64,000 nt of DNA from Azolla caroliniana (Eukaryota > Plantae > Polypodiophyta): the NCBI GenBank assembly GCA_043228905.1, contig JBHGNT010000014.1:7068001-7132000 (forward strand), written 5' to 3'. The position numbers and the translations under genes were made by a program. Of the stretch, positions 11,648 through 22,600 are shown one piece after another. Each line of letters opens with the position of its first letter. The first letter of the stretch is position 1. The notes below the pieces were generated by a model that saw only the letters and a list, made by a program, of their open reading frames with translations, did not search any database and was not told the origin of the DNA.

Positions 11648-14600
11648 TGTCAGGAATAGTACTAAAACATATAGAGAATTCGTACTGGAGAAGGGAAGTA
11701 CTATTAGTACTAAGAGGACGGGACTGCGTAAGACTCCCGAGAGAGGGAGAGATAAGAAGAGAGAGAGAGAGAGAGAGATGATGATGATAACAGATGATAT
11801 ATTATATGAAGAGTAAGTACAAAATGGCTATGAGGCTTAAGACTGGCGTTGAACCAATTTGGTTCAACATAATGCCTTGTGCCTCCTTTTATAGTGTTCT
11901 CAAGAGGAGTCCTGAAGCTTCTAGAATGTTCCAGAGAAATCTAGAATATACATTAATTTCCTATAATAAAACTTAAATGAAAATAATATCCTACGTATTA
12001 TAATAGATTGTGTAATGGTCAATAGCTCGACCCATATAACATAAGATCATGGGTTCGAGTCTTGCCATATCATGACACTATCCCCCTCTTAAGACGACGA
12101 GTGTAACGAGTCGATGCTGATTGAGGACCGGGTTTGTTCGGATACTGTCGGTGGAAATCAGCAAGAAGATCCTAAGCATTGGCGACATGCTCGATGGGTT
12201 CCCAAGTACGTTTGCTCGGACTATAGCTAAGCCAATCGACCAATGACCAAAGAATAAAGTTTGTTGCAAACAAATTTGGAGTCGAGGACGGCAACAACTT
12301 CATACTCCGGACCGGTGTCTAACACAAGCGGGGGCGACGGTGCTGTGACACGATCGGGAGTAGTGTTTGCTTTATAAGGTTCAAGAAGAGAACTATGGAA
12401 GACCGAATGTATTTGAAGATGTGGAGGAAGATCAAGGCAGAATGTGACATCATTAACCTTACCGGTAATACGGAAAGGCCCGAGTCGTCAATAATCCAAC
12501 TTGTCGCACGGTCGAGTAGTCTTGATGTGACGACGTAAGAGCCATACTCGATCTCCAATGGCAAAAGAGGAGGGAAGCGGATAACGATCCACATAAGTCT
12601 TTTGTGTGTGTTGAGCATGACGAAGATGAGTAGAGAGATCCATTTGAATCTTGTGTAGCCTCTCCAAATGATCCTTAGAACGAGGATTGGTAGGTAGTTC
12701 CGGGGTGTCGATCACAGACCAACGAGGATGAGAACCAGTATATGCGTAAAATGGGGAGACTGGAGTCGAGGAGTGAATAATGTTATTATAAGCAAACTTT
12801 GCAAAGTGGAGAATATCAGCCCAATCATCCTGCTAATAACTCGGAAAACACCGGAGGTATTGTTCCAGTGTTTGATTTGTTTGTTCCGCTTATCCATTGG
12901 TCTGGTGATGGTAGCCGGAGGAGAGGTTACAAGAGACCTTGAGCATCTTGAAGAGATGCTTCCAATATTTGGAGACGAATTGAGGGCCTTGGTCATTGAT
13001 GATACTGTTTGGGAGGCCATGATGCCGCAATACCTCACGCATGACAAGGCCGGCGGTTTCCTCACTAGTGATGGCCTTAGTACACGGCACAAAATTTGCC
13101 ATCTTAGTATATCGATCAACGACAGTTAAGATATCATCGAAACCCTTAAAGATCGGCAAATCAGTGATAAAATCAAGACAAATAGACTGCCACGGCTTAC
13201 TTGGAATCGGTAAGGGTTCAAGCAAGCCATATGGTTGATGTCGTAGCATCTTTGCTCAACAGCAAACATCACAAGTTCGAACGTAGTCGTCGACAAAACG
13301 TCGTATATGGGGCCACCAAAAAGATCATTGAACTAGATCCAACGTCTTCGTACTACCGAAATGTCCCTCTGTATGGGTGTCGTGACAATTTTGGACGATT
13401 CGAAGGCGACAAGAGCAATCGGGAACATATACGAGCTTTTTAAAGAACAAGAAACCATCATGATATTCAAATTGTCGGTAGTCCATACCTGGTTGTTGAG
13501 ACTGGGAAGAGGATGCCCTAGAGACTGGATCATCAGGACAAGGTGCAAGTTATGAAAGCCGCGATAGTGCATCTGCTATTCCTTGTTGCTTCCTCGGTCG
13601 ATATGTGATTTTGAAGTCAAAACGAGGAATTGCCCCACTAAGTTTGCCGTCAATTTAGTACACAAGCATTCTGGAAATAAGCAAGACCTTTGTGATCACT
13701 GAAGACGATGACTTGATGTGTAGAGCCCTCTTAGAAGTGTCGCGATTGCACAAATGAATCCATGATGGCTAATAACTCCTTGTCATGTATCTCGTAGTTG
13801 ATTTCCGTGGCATCAAATTTGCGCGAATGGAAAGCCATAGGATGTAACTCTTCTTTATCTCCTTGTTGAGAAAGGATGCTACCGAGGGCGAAATCCAATG
13901 CGTCGGCCTCCATGATGAATGGTTTGTTTGTATCCACATGAGGTAGAATAGGAGCTGATGTAAAGGCTTTCTTAAGATGCCTAAAAGCCATGTCCACTTC
14001 ATTGGACCAAAGAAATGCATGTCCCTGCTTCGTAAGCTGTCTGAGAGGTAAAATAATATTCGAGTAAACTTGTATAAACTTGTGGTAGAAGTTAGCAAAA
14101 CCTAGGAAACATTGTACATCTCGTAACGAACGTGGAGTTTGCCACTCTAGCACAGTTTTGACTTTGGCCGGATCCATGGAGATGCCCTTTGAGGAGATGA
14201 CGTAGCCTAGAAATTCCACTTGCTTGCAGTCAAAGCTACATTTTTCTAGTTTACATAAAGATCATTCTCTTGGAGTCGTTTTAGTACTAATAGTACACGA
14301 GAATCATGCTCTTCCTGAGTCTTCAAAAAAATCAATAGATCATCTAGATAGATGATCAAACAGATATCCAAGAGGTCTCTAAATATATCATTTGCCATGT
14401 GCTGGAAGACTGCGGGCGCATTGGTTAGACCAAACGGCATAGCGGTATACTCAAAATGCCGATACCGCATGCGAAAGGAGGTGTTCCATTCGTCTCGTGG
14501 TCGGATCAGCACGAGGTTATACGCTCCTCGTAGATCGATTTTTGTAAAAATCTTGGCACCATTTACTCGCTCTAAAAGACTTGATATAAGAGGAAGTGCA

Positions 14601-14996
14601 TACCTATTCCTCATGGTGACCTTATTTAAGCCGCGGTAATCAACGACGAGACGAAGTGATCCATCGTTCTTCTTGACAAAGAAGATGGGTGCACCAGCCG
14701 GAGATTTCGAATGACAAATAAACCCGCTTGGAAAGTTCTCCTCTATGTAGGCTCGAAGGACTTCTAACGCGGTTGGTGACAAGTTGTAAATTGGTCCCCA
14801 TGGTGGCTCTGTTCCTAGTTGTAAATCAATGGGACAATCAGAGGGACGATGATGAGGAAGAGTATGGGCTATTACCTTGTTAAATACATCGTCATAATGA
14901 TGATATTTTGCTAGAATTTGCACTAAGGATTCCTTCTTAATATTGTTGGAAGGATGTATTGATATTGCAAATAGAAACATTGCCTCCCTGTGTCCT
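11648..14996 (-). mobile_element. Decayed Tcn1-like chromovirus copy: 3' LTR 11648-12077, PPT, chromodomain-IN-RH-RT; 5' part missing
   Basis: LTR TGTCAGGAAT...CATGACA homologous to 19218-19662; RT YLDD (14246-14980), RH (13731-14219) and IN (12890-13249) match the intact copy. Confidence 0.92.
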
Positions 14997-16340
14997 TGTA
15001 GAAAGTAGCGTGCGGAAGAAGGTATGAAGACAGAACAGAGGAAGGAAACTCAGGTTCAATGGAGAGCTTGGGCTTACACGGTATACGCGGGAGAGACAGA
15101 GAGAGTAGACACAAAAAACTATTTCAATAATAATACTCAAGTCTGTACATAAGACGTGCTCAGTGAACACTTTTATACAAGTCCTGGAAGGACTGACCGA
15201 AGTACTGACAGTACTTCAAGGCTCATTAAGAGCTCCTACACTAACTCCCAAATATATTCCTCACGGAATATCTTTCCTAACGACCTCCCGGTTTACGCAC
15301 TCGGCCTAACCGATCGGTCCCAACCGATCCTGACCTCAGCTTCTTCAGCCGATCTGGCCGATGTTAAGCTTGTCTCTCAACAGTCCCCCTCAAGCTCAAC
15401 TTGAGGCTCTTCGGGATCCTCGGGCTCACAACTCCGGTTCCTCCTGGCTTCACGCCTCGCTCGCGCTCCTCGACCTGTTCGACTCGGCACGCTTCGACCC
15501 TTCTGGTCGACCTGTCTGCTCATGTGGCCCTTATCAGCTCTTCTGTTGTTGCGGTGTTGACGCTTCTCCTGCTGCCTTTTCTTCCGCTTGGGCCTCGGTT
15601 GATTCAGCATGTCTGAATCAAACATTCGAACCGACTCGGCTACACCCGATCGGTTTTCGCTCTCGTTCGAGTTGGCTGTCTCCAACTCGTCTTCGGTCTT
15701 CTCGCCTTTGATGGCGTCATCTTCCCCATGCGCGGTTGGCTTCGGCTCTCTCCTTCGGCTGCTCCCCTTCTGTCTGCTTCCGAACTTTTCCGCGGGTCCA
15801 CCCTCGGCTTCTTTAGCCGATCAGATGTCAAACTTGTCAACCGACTCGGTGTCGCGGTGTCCGCTCCTTCACCAGAAAGGACACGCTCACGGACGAAATG
15901 ATAGTGCACCTCAATGTGCTTGGTCCGTGCGTGGAAAACGGGGTTTTTCGCGAGCTCGATGCTGCTGAGGTTGTCGCAGTAGATCGTCGTTGGATCGGAC
16001 ACCTCCTCTTGCAGGTCCTTAAGTAGCCGCTTCAACCATATGGCTTCGCATGTCGCGATAGCCGCTCCTCGGTACTCGGCTTCGCTGCTCGATAGTGCAA
16101 CTGTCGGCTGCTTCTTACTGCTCCACGCGATCGCGGCACTCCCGAGGGAGAACGCGTATCCAGACGTGGATCGGCGATCGGCAGCGTTGCCAGCCCAATC
16201 AGCATTAGTGTAGCCGACTAACTGTGCGGCTGCACCGGTCCGATATAGCAGTCCCCGGTCCTTAGTATGCGTTGCGCACACTGAAGGTGCTCCTCGGTAG
16301 GTTGCGCCATGAACTGACTGATCACCCCGACCGGAACTGC
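14997..16340 (-). mobile_element. Copia family A 3' fragment: LTR 14997-15382, PPT, RNase H with internal deletion
   Basis: Reverse complement of about 3410-5061; GYTNADWAG..RRSTSGY..ARTKHIEVHYHF in ORF 15640-16539. Right boundary approximate. Confidence 0.88.
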
Positions 16341-16918
16341 AGTGCTTCTTCTGCGACTCTCCGAAGAGTTTTGGAGAATGACCGATCCCGCCGGATCTCG
16401 TCGACGGCTTGTTGCAGGGCTTCCCGTCGTTGCTCGCGTTCGGTGTATCGTCTCCCTCGTTTGGTGATGTGGTCGTCGTTTGGTCTAGACATCCATCCCC
16501 CGGTTGTCCTCTGCACTTTGCAGGAATCGTGGTCGCCAAAATAGTGTTGTCTGCCTGGCCGGACTAGCCTCAACACAGGTGTCTATCCGACACTTCTCCA
16601 AAGGGCTGGTAAGGATTAGATGCTAGGTTACACGCGTAAGATGATTACAATTAAGCACAGACGGTAAACAATATGAAGATACAGATAAACACGCAATAAT
16701 TACTATTGTATTACTTCCGTCAAACCCTTTACAAATCATCGGATCCTTTTATAGGCATCCGGCAAGGTTACAATCGGTGCGCTTAGGCAACCGACATCCG
16801 AATCGGTACAACTGTACCGGATCCGTCCCTCCGAATAATAATTCTACTATTATTTACTTCCTATTATCCGATCCGACTCCGCCTTCCCACTTGTCCTTGC
16901 TCTTCTGACCGGCCAACA
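16340..16918 (-). mobile_element. Gypsy family C 5' fragment: LTR about 16545-16918, PBS TGGCGACCACG 16528-16538, start of internal region
   Basis: LTR begins TGTTGGCC on minus, contains CTATAAAAGGATCC, and its end resembles 27800-27920; PBS resembles the complement of a tRNA-Arg 3' end. Confidence 0.72.
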
Positions 16919-17253
16919 TTGATGATGACGGGATGAGCATTGAGAAGCATTGTGGGGATGGCGTGGCGCCACCCCCCTCCCAAGGGGGTTCAACATTAAA
17001 GGGGGGGGGGGGGGGGGGGAGAGAGAGAGAGAGAGAGAGAAATGATCATATTCTTCATTCATTCCCCATAAGGAGGGTTAAATAGTTACAAAAGGTTAGA
17101 TACACAAGGGTGCAAGTCCCCTTGGGCATTCACACCTAGTCACTCACTCACACATACATTCACACTCATAATCGTATAACATTACACATAAATTACGTCT
17201 TTCACCCTCACTTATCACACTTATCAATCACCTGTACATCTCGTACGGTAACA
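16919..17253 (-). repeat. Family E LTR, related to the solo LTR at 49875-50207
   Basis: Shares the CCACCCCCCTCCCAAGGGGGTTC block, the (GA)n tract and the GTAACA end in reverse orientation. Confidence 0.65.
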
Positions 17254-18211
17254 TCGATATAGATACAATGAGTACATGGCACATCATTATGCGTACATGA
17301 TGAAAGTGGCAGAGATATGTAAGCTGGAGAGCTACGCGGAGGCGGCACAAGATGCCAAATGGGGAGCATCTACGGAAGAAGAGATGCCCGCTCTAGCCGA
17401 GAACGAGACATGGAACCTCGTTGACCTCCCCTGAGGAATAAATCTAATCAGATGTCGGTGGGTGTATAAGGTAAAATACAACGCCGACAACTCGATCAAT
17501 AGGTACAAGGCTTAATTAGTGGCCAAGGGCTACATGTAGACACACGACATCGACTATGATGAGACATTCCCGCCGGTTGCAAAGATGATGACCGGATGTG
17601 TGTTTCTAGCTATAGCAATGGCAAAGGGGTGGCATTTATATCAAATGGATGTAAATAATGTGTTCTTGCAAGGCGAGCATTAGGTACAAGTGTACATGGA
17701 ATAGTCCCTCTCTAGATTGAAACAAGCCCCCTGATCCTCGAACACGAAGATCACGCAAAGATTGCATCGAATGGGGTTTCAATCATCGAAATTATACTCT
17801 TCCTTGTTCATTCCGCTGAGTCGGAACGGACTGGTCAGTAAACTACTATATGTTGATGATTTAGTCATCGTTAGAGATAACCTGGAGGAAATCAGCTGAG
17901 TCATGTCTCAGCTAACGACATCGTTCAAGATGAAGGGTCTGGGAGACCGTCATTATTTCCTTGGGATCGAAGTGATTTGAACTCCCAAAGGCATATTGAT
18001 CAGAAAATGCCATTATGTGTTGAATATGCTCTTCAAATTTGGAATGGCAGATTGTAAATCCGTCTTGACTCCTCTTGATAGGAATGTCAAGCTTCACCTT
18101 AGATCGGGGTGGACTTGTGAAGCAACACGATTCCGACAAGTGGTCAGAAGCCTAATATACTTGATGATCACTTCATCGGATCTTAGTTATCTAGTCGGCT
18201 TGATCAGTCAA
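17254..18211 (+). pseudogene. Heavily decayed family A RT fragment
   Basis: DNA encodes YNEYMAHHYAYM.., WVYKVKYN, LYVDDL, homologous to about 2425-3430. Confidence 0.85.
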
Positions 18212-18460
18212 TGTTAGGAAACATGTCACTCCGAATGGGATGAGCTCGAGTAGAATTGGAGTAAGAAGAACGAGAACCAAAAGGAGAGGGAGAACTGGAT
18301 TAGATGGGTCTGAAAGAGAGAGTCGGATGAGGACCCCTACAAGAGACCAGATCTGGTTAAGTCATAAGCTTCCGTATCTTATTTTCGACACATGGTTTTT
18401 CTTTCTTTTAGTTCTTTACAAGCATAATCTTTGTTTAAGAGCTATTGACATTTAATTTAG
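18212..18460 (+). repeat. Partial B-like LTR, interrupted by a family C LTR
   Basis: Starts TGTTAGGAAACATGTCACTCCGAATGGGA, similar to B LTR starts. Confidence 0.5.
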
Positions 18461-18703
18461 TGTTGGCCAGAGTATGGTCCGGATGATAAGTGGAGCAAAG
18501 GGACGAGTCAAGAACGAATATTATTATTAGATTAATAATTAGTTAGATATACAATAGGAATGGACGAATCCAAAATAGTTACAATGATCTGGATCTGGAC
18601 CGATTCATCACCGGTTGCCGGTTTGGCACCGTTTTGTAATTGGAACCGGAGACCTATAAAAGGATCCGGAAAGCAATGTAATGAACAACGGAAGTAATAT
18701 AAG
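18461..18703 (+). repeat. Left part of a family C 5' LTR; remainder at about 27800-27905
   Basis: TGTTGGCCAGAGTA.. aligns along its length with the reverse complement of about 29170-29409; broken by the B insertion. Confidence 0.85.
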
Positions 18704-18737
18704 TGTTGGGATTTCGGTCCCTCCGGATGGGATGTTC

Positions 18738-18960
18738 GGATGATGAAGACCCCGGTTACAGATCCGGATGATGAAGACCCCGGTTACAGATCCGGATGAT
18801 GAAGACCCCGGTTACGGATCCGGATGCTGAAGACCCCGGTTACGGAGCCGGATGAAGAGTACCCGGATACGGATCTGGATGATGAAGACCCCGGTTACGG
18901 AGCCGGATGCTGAAGACCCCGGTTACGGAGCCGGATGACGAATGTACCCGGAGAGAGATT
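18738..18960 (+). repeat. 28-bp tandem repeat (about 8 units) in the B LTR U3
   Basis: GGATGATGAAGACCCCGGTTAC(A/G)GA(T/G)CC repeated head to tail without spacers. Confidence 0.95.
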
Positions 18961-19217
18961 CGGATGCGGGGACATACTTGTGAATATGTTTGCTAAGAGC
19001 CCTTGAGGCTATATTTGTAAATAGCCCGAAAGTCATATATGTATAAATATGACTTAGGGCAAACAGTTTTTGTTGTTGCTCATTTTTCATGAGAAGTGAG
19101 AGCAGCCGAGAGAGAGAGTGAGAGACGAAGAGGTCGTTGCCTCTGTGTATTACCGCCGCCTGTGGCGAAGACAGTGAGCTCAAGGTTGTTGCCTTGTAGC
19201 TTCACCAGTGTACATCC

Positions 19218-19662
19218 TGTCAGGAATCAGTAGTAAGACGGAGACGGAATTAGTACTAAACGAAGAATTAGTACTACAGAGAAGGGATTAGTACTAAACG
19301 AAGGATTAGTACTATGAGGGGTGTAGAACTTCTTGAGAGAGAAGGAAGAAGTGAGCGAGACAGAGAGACAGAGAGAGAGAGAAATATATGTATTACGTGA
19401 AGAGAATGTACAACTGTGGCTAGAAGGCTTAAGACTGGCGTTGAACCAATTTGGTTCAACATAACGCCTAGTGCCCTCTTTTATAGTATTTCTAAGAGTA
19501 ATCCTGAAGCTTCTAGAATGTTCCAGAGAAATCTGGAATATACATCAATTTCTAAAATAAAACATAAATGAAAATAATATCCTACAACTTATAATGTATA
19601 GTCTAATGGTAAGACCTCGACCCATGTAGCATAAGGTCATGGGTTCGAGTCTTGCCATGACA
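19218..19662 (-). repeat. 3' LTR of the intact chromovirus
   Basis: TGTCAGG...CATGACA, adjacent to the PPT. Confidence 0.97.
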
Positions 19663-19673
19663 CTATCCCCCCC

Positions 19674-22600
19674 TTAAAAACGACGAGTGTCACGAGTCGT
19701 TTTGGATTGAGGACCCGGTTTGTGTGGATATCGACGATGGAAGTCTTCGAGAAGAGCACGAGCATTGGTCACATTCTCGATCGGCTCCCAAGTACGCTCG
19801 CTGGGACTATATCCTAGCCAATCGACTAGATAGTAGAGCTTGTTGCGAGTAATCTTGGAATCAAGGATGGCGGCAACCTCGTACTCAGGTCCATCTTCAA
19901 GCTCGATCGGGGGTGGAGGTGGTGGAATACGGCCTGGAATGGTGCTTTCGCGATAGGGTTCGAGGAGAGAACTATGGAACACCGGATGAATCCGAAGGTG
20001 CGGAGGGAGTTCGAGCCGAAAAGCAACATCATTAATCTTCCCGATAATACGGAAAGGACCTAACCGCCGATAGTCCAACTTCTCACATGGGCGAGTAGTC
20101 TTGACGTGTCGTCGAAGCAGCCATACCCGATCGCCAATGTCAAAACTGGATGGAAGTCGATGACGATCCGCATAAACCTTGTGTGCTTGTTGAGCTTGCT
20201 GGAGCTGAGTAGATAGATCCGCTTGTATCTTGTGTAATCGCTCCAAACGATCCTCTGCGCAAGGATTCGTGGGCAATTCTGGGGTTTCAACTACACACCA
20301 TCGGGGATGACAACCTGTGTAAGCATAAAATGGGGTAACCTTTGTTGAGGAGTGGACGGAGTTGTTATATGCAAACTCGGCGAAATGGAGAATATCTGCC
20401 CAATCATCTTGATGGTAACTTAGAAAACACCGAAGATACTGCTCCAACGTTTGATTTGTTCGTTCTGCCTGGCCGTCTGTTTGCGGGTGGTAGCCGGAGG
20501 AAAGGTTACAAGTCACTTGAAGCATTTTAAAGAAGTGCTTCCAAAACTTCGAAACGAATTGGGGTCCACGATCGCTGATGATGCTATCAGGGAGGCCGTG
20601 ATGCCGACATACTTCGCGCATAACAATCTCGGCGGTTCCTTCACTGGATATTTCTTTAGTACATGGTAGGAAATGAGCCATCTTCGTATAGCGATCTACG
20701 ACTGTTAAGATCGCATCGAATCCCTTAGACATCGGGAGGTCCGTGATGAAATCTAGAGCAATGGATTGCCACGGCTTACTCGGAATTGGTAATGGTTCTA
20801 ACAAACCATATGGATGATGCCTTGGCATTTTTGCCCTGCAACATGTATCACAAGTCCGAACAAAATCTTCGACAAATTGTCGCATGTGGGGCCACCAGAA
20901 TGAGCGTTGTACTAAATCTAATGTTTTAGTACTACCAAAATGCCCAGCAGTATATGTATCATGACAGCTTTGGACTACTTGAAGGCGACCAGTACCATTA
21001 GGAACATACAAGAGTGTCTTAAAAAATAGTAATCCATCATGGTATTGGAATTGCCGATAATCCGTACCTGGTTGTTGCGATTCCGAACAAGATGCTTGAG
21101 AGGGATCGATTTGTTTTAGAATGGCTTGGGCGAATGCATCCGTCTTCAAGTCCTCCCGTATGGTATCGATAACGCGAGAATCCATGGGCATGTCGAAGAT
21201 CTGTGCTGCTTGTAGTCGTGCCGGTCCCAAGATGACTTGCTTTTGGTTATCGAAGGCTGGCTCGCCGGGACGCGGTGCTAGATATGAACGTCGTGATAAT
21301 GCATCCGCCTTCCCTTGGTGCTTCCCCGGTCGATAAGTAATTTTGAAGTCGAAACGTGTGAGGAAGTGGGCCCACCGGGCTTGACGTCGATTCAGCACAC
21401 GAGCATCCTGAAAGTAGGCAAGGTTCTTGTGGTCACTGAATACAGTGACTGGGTGAGGGGATCCCTCTAGGAAATGCCTCCATTGCATAAATGAATCCAC
21501 TATTGCCAAGAGTTCCTTATCATGTATCTCGTAGTTGATTTCGGCGGCGTCAAACTTTCGTGAATGAAAAGCCACAGGATGTAGCTTCTCGTCATTACCA
21601 TGTTGTGACAGAATGCTCCCCAATGCGAAATCCGATGCGTCAGCTTCGATAATGAATGGTTTTTCTGGATCGACATGACCCAGAATTGGAGCTGATGTAA
21701 ACGCCTTTTTCAGATTCTCGAAAGCCAAGTCTGTTTCTTCAGACCAAATGAACGCTTGCCCCTTTCTGGTAAGCTGTGTGAGAGGCAGAACGATCCTTGA
21801 GTAATCTTGTATGAACTTCCGGTAAAAATTGGCAAAGCCTAGAAAACACTGCACATCCCGCACCGAACGCGGAGTCTGCCAATCCACCACCGTTTTGACT
21901 TTAGCTGGGTCCATGGAGATGCCTTCTGAGGAGATGACATAGCCGAGAAATTCCACCTGGTTGCACCCGAAACTACATTTTTCTAGTTTTGCATACAGAC
22001 CATGTTCTCGAAGTCGTTTTAGTACTGATAGTACATGAGAATCATGCTCTTCTTGGGTCTTCGAATAAACCAATAGATCATCCAAGTAGATGATCAAAAA
22101 ATTATCCAACAGGTCTCGGAATATATCGTTTGCCATGTGCTGGAAGACTGCCGGCGCATTAGTGAGACCGAACGGCATGACTGTATACTCGAAGTGCCCG
22201 TATCTAGTACGAAACGCCGTCTTCCATTCGTCTCCTGGTCGAATTCGTACGAGGTTATATGCTCCTCGTAAGTCGATCTTCGTGAAGAACCTGGCACCAT
22301 TGATCCGTTCTAAAAGACTTGAGATAAGGGGCAGTGCATACCTATTCCTGATGGTGACTTTATTTAAGCCACGATAGTCGACAACAAGGCGAAGAGATCC
22401 GTCCTTCTTCTTGACGAAGAAAATAGGTGCGCCTGCGGGAGATTTTGAATGCCGAATGAAACCATTAGCCAAATTCTCCTCTATGTAGGCTCGAAGGACT
22501 TCTAGCTCCGTAGGTGACAAATTGTAGATTGGCCCCCATGGCGGCTCCTTTCCTGGTTGTAGATCGATGGGGCAATCGTACGGTCGATGATGAGGAAGTG

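Noticed and set aside
15640-16539. 299-aa ORF as a novel fusion protein
   Set aside because: A chance open frame across the C/A junction and two deletions in a dead element.
17001-17040. G19-(AG)n tract as a special G-quadruplex element
   Set aside because: Corresponds to the variable (CT)n region of the E LTR, and homopolymer length may be a sequencing artefact.
18738-18960. 28-bp repeats as a CRISPR array
   Set aside because: No unique spacers and no cas genes; the array lies inside a Copia LTR.
19592-19662. Functional tRNA gene
   Set aside because: No proper anticodon arm or acceptor stem; reported only as tRNA-like.
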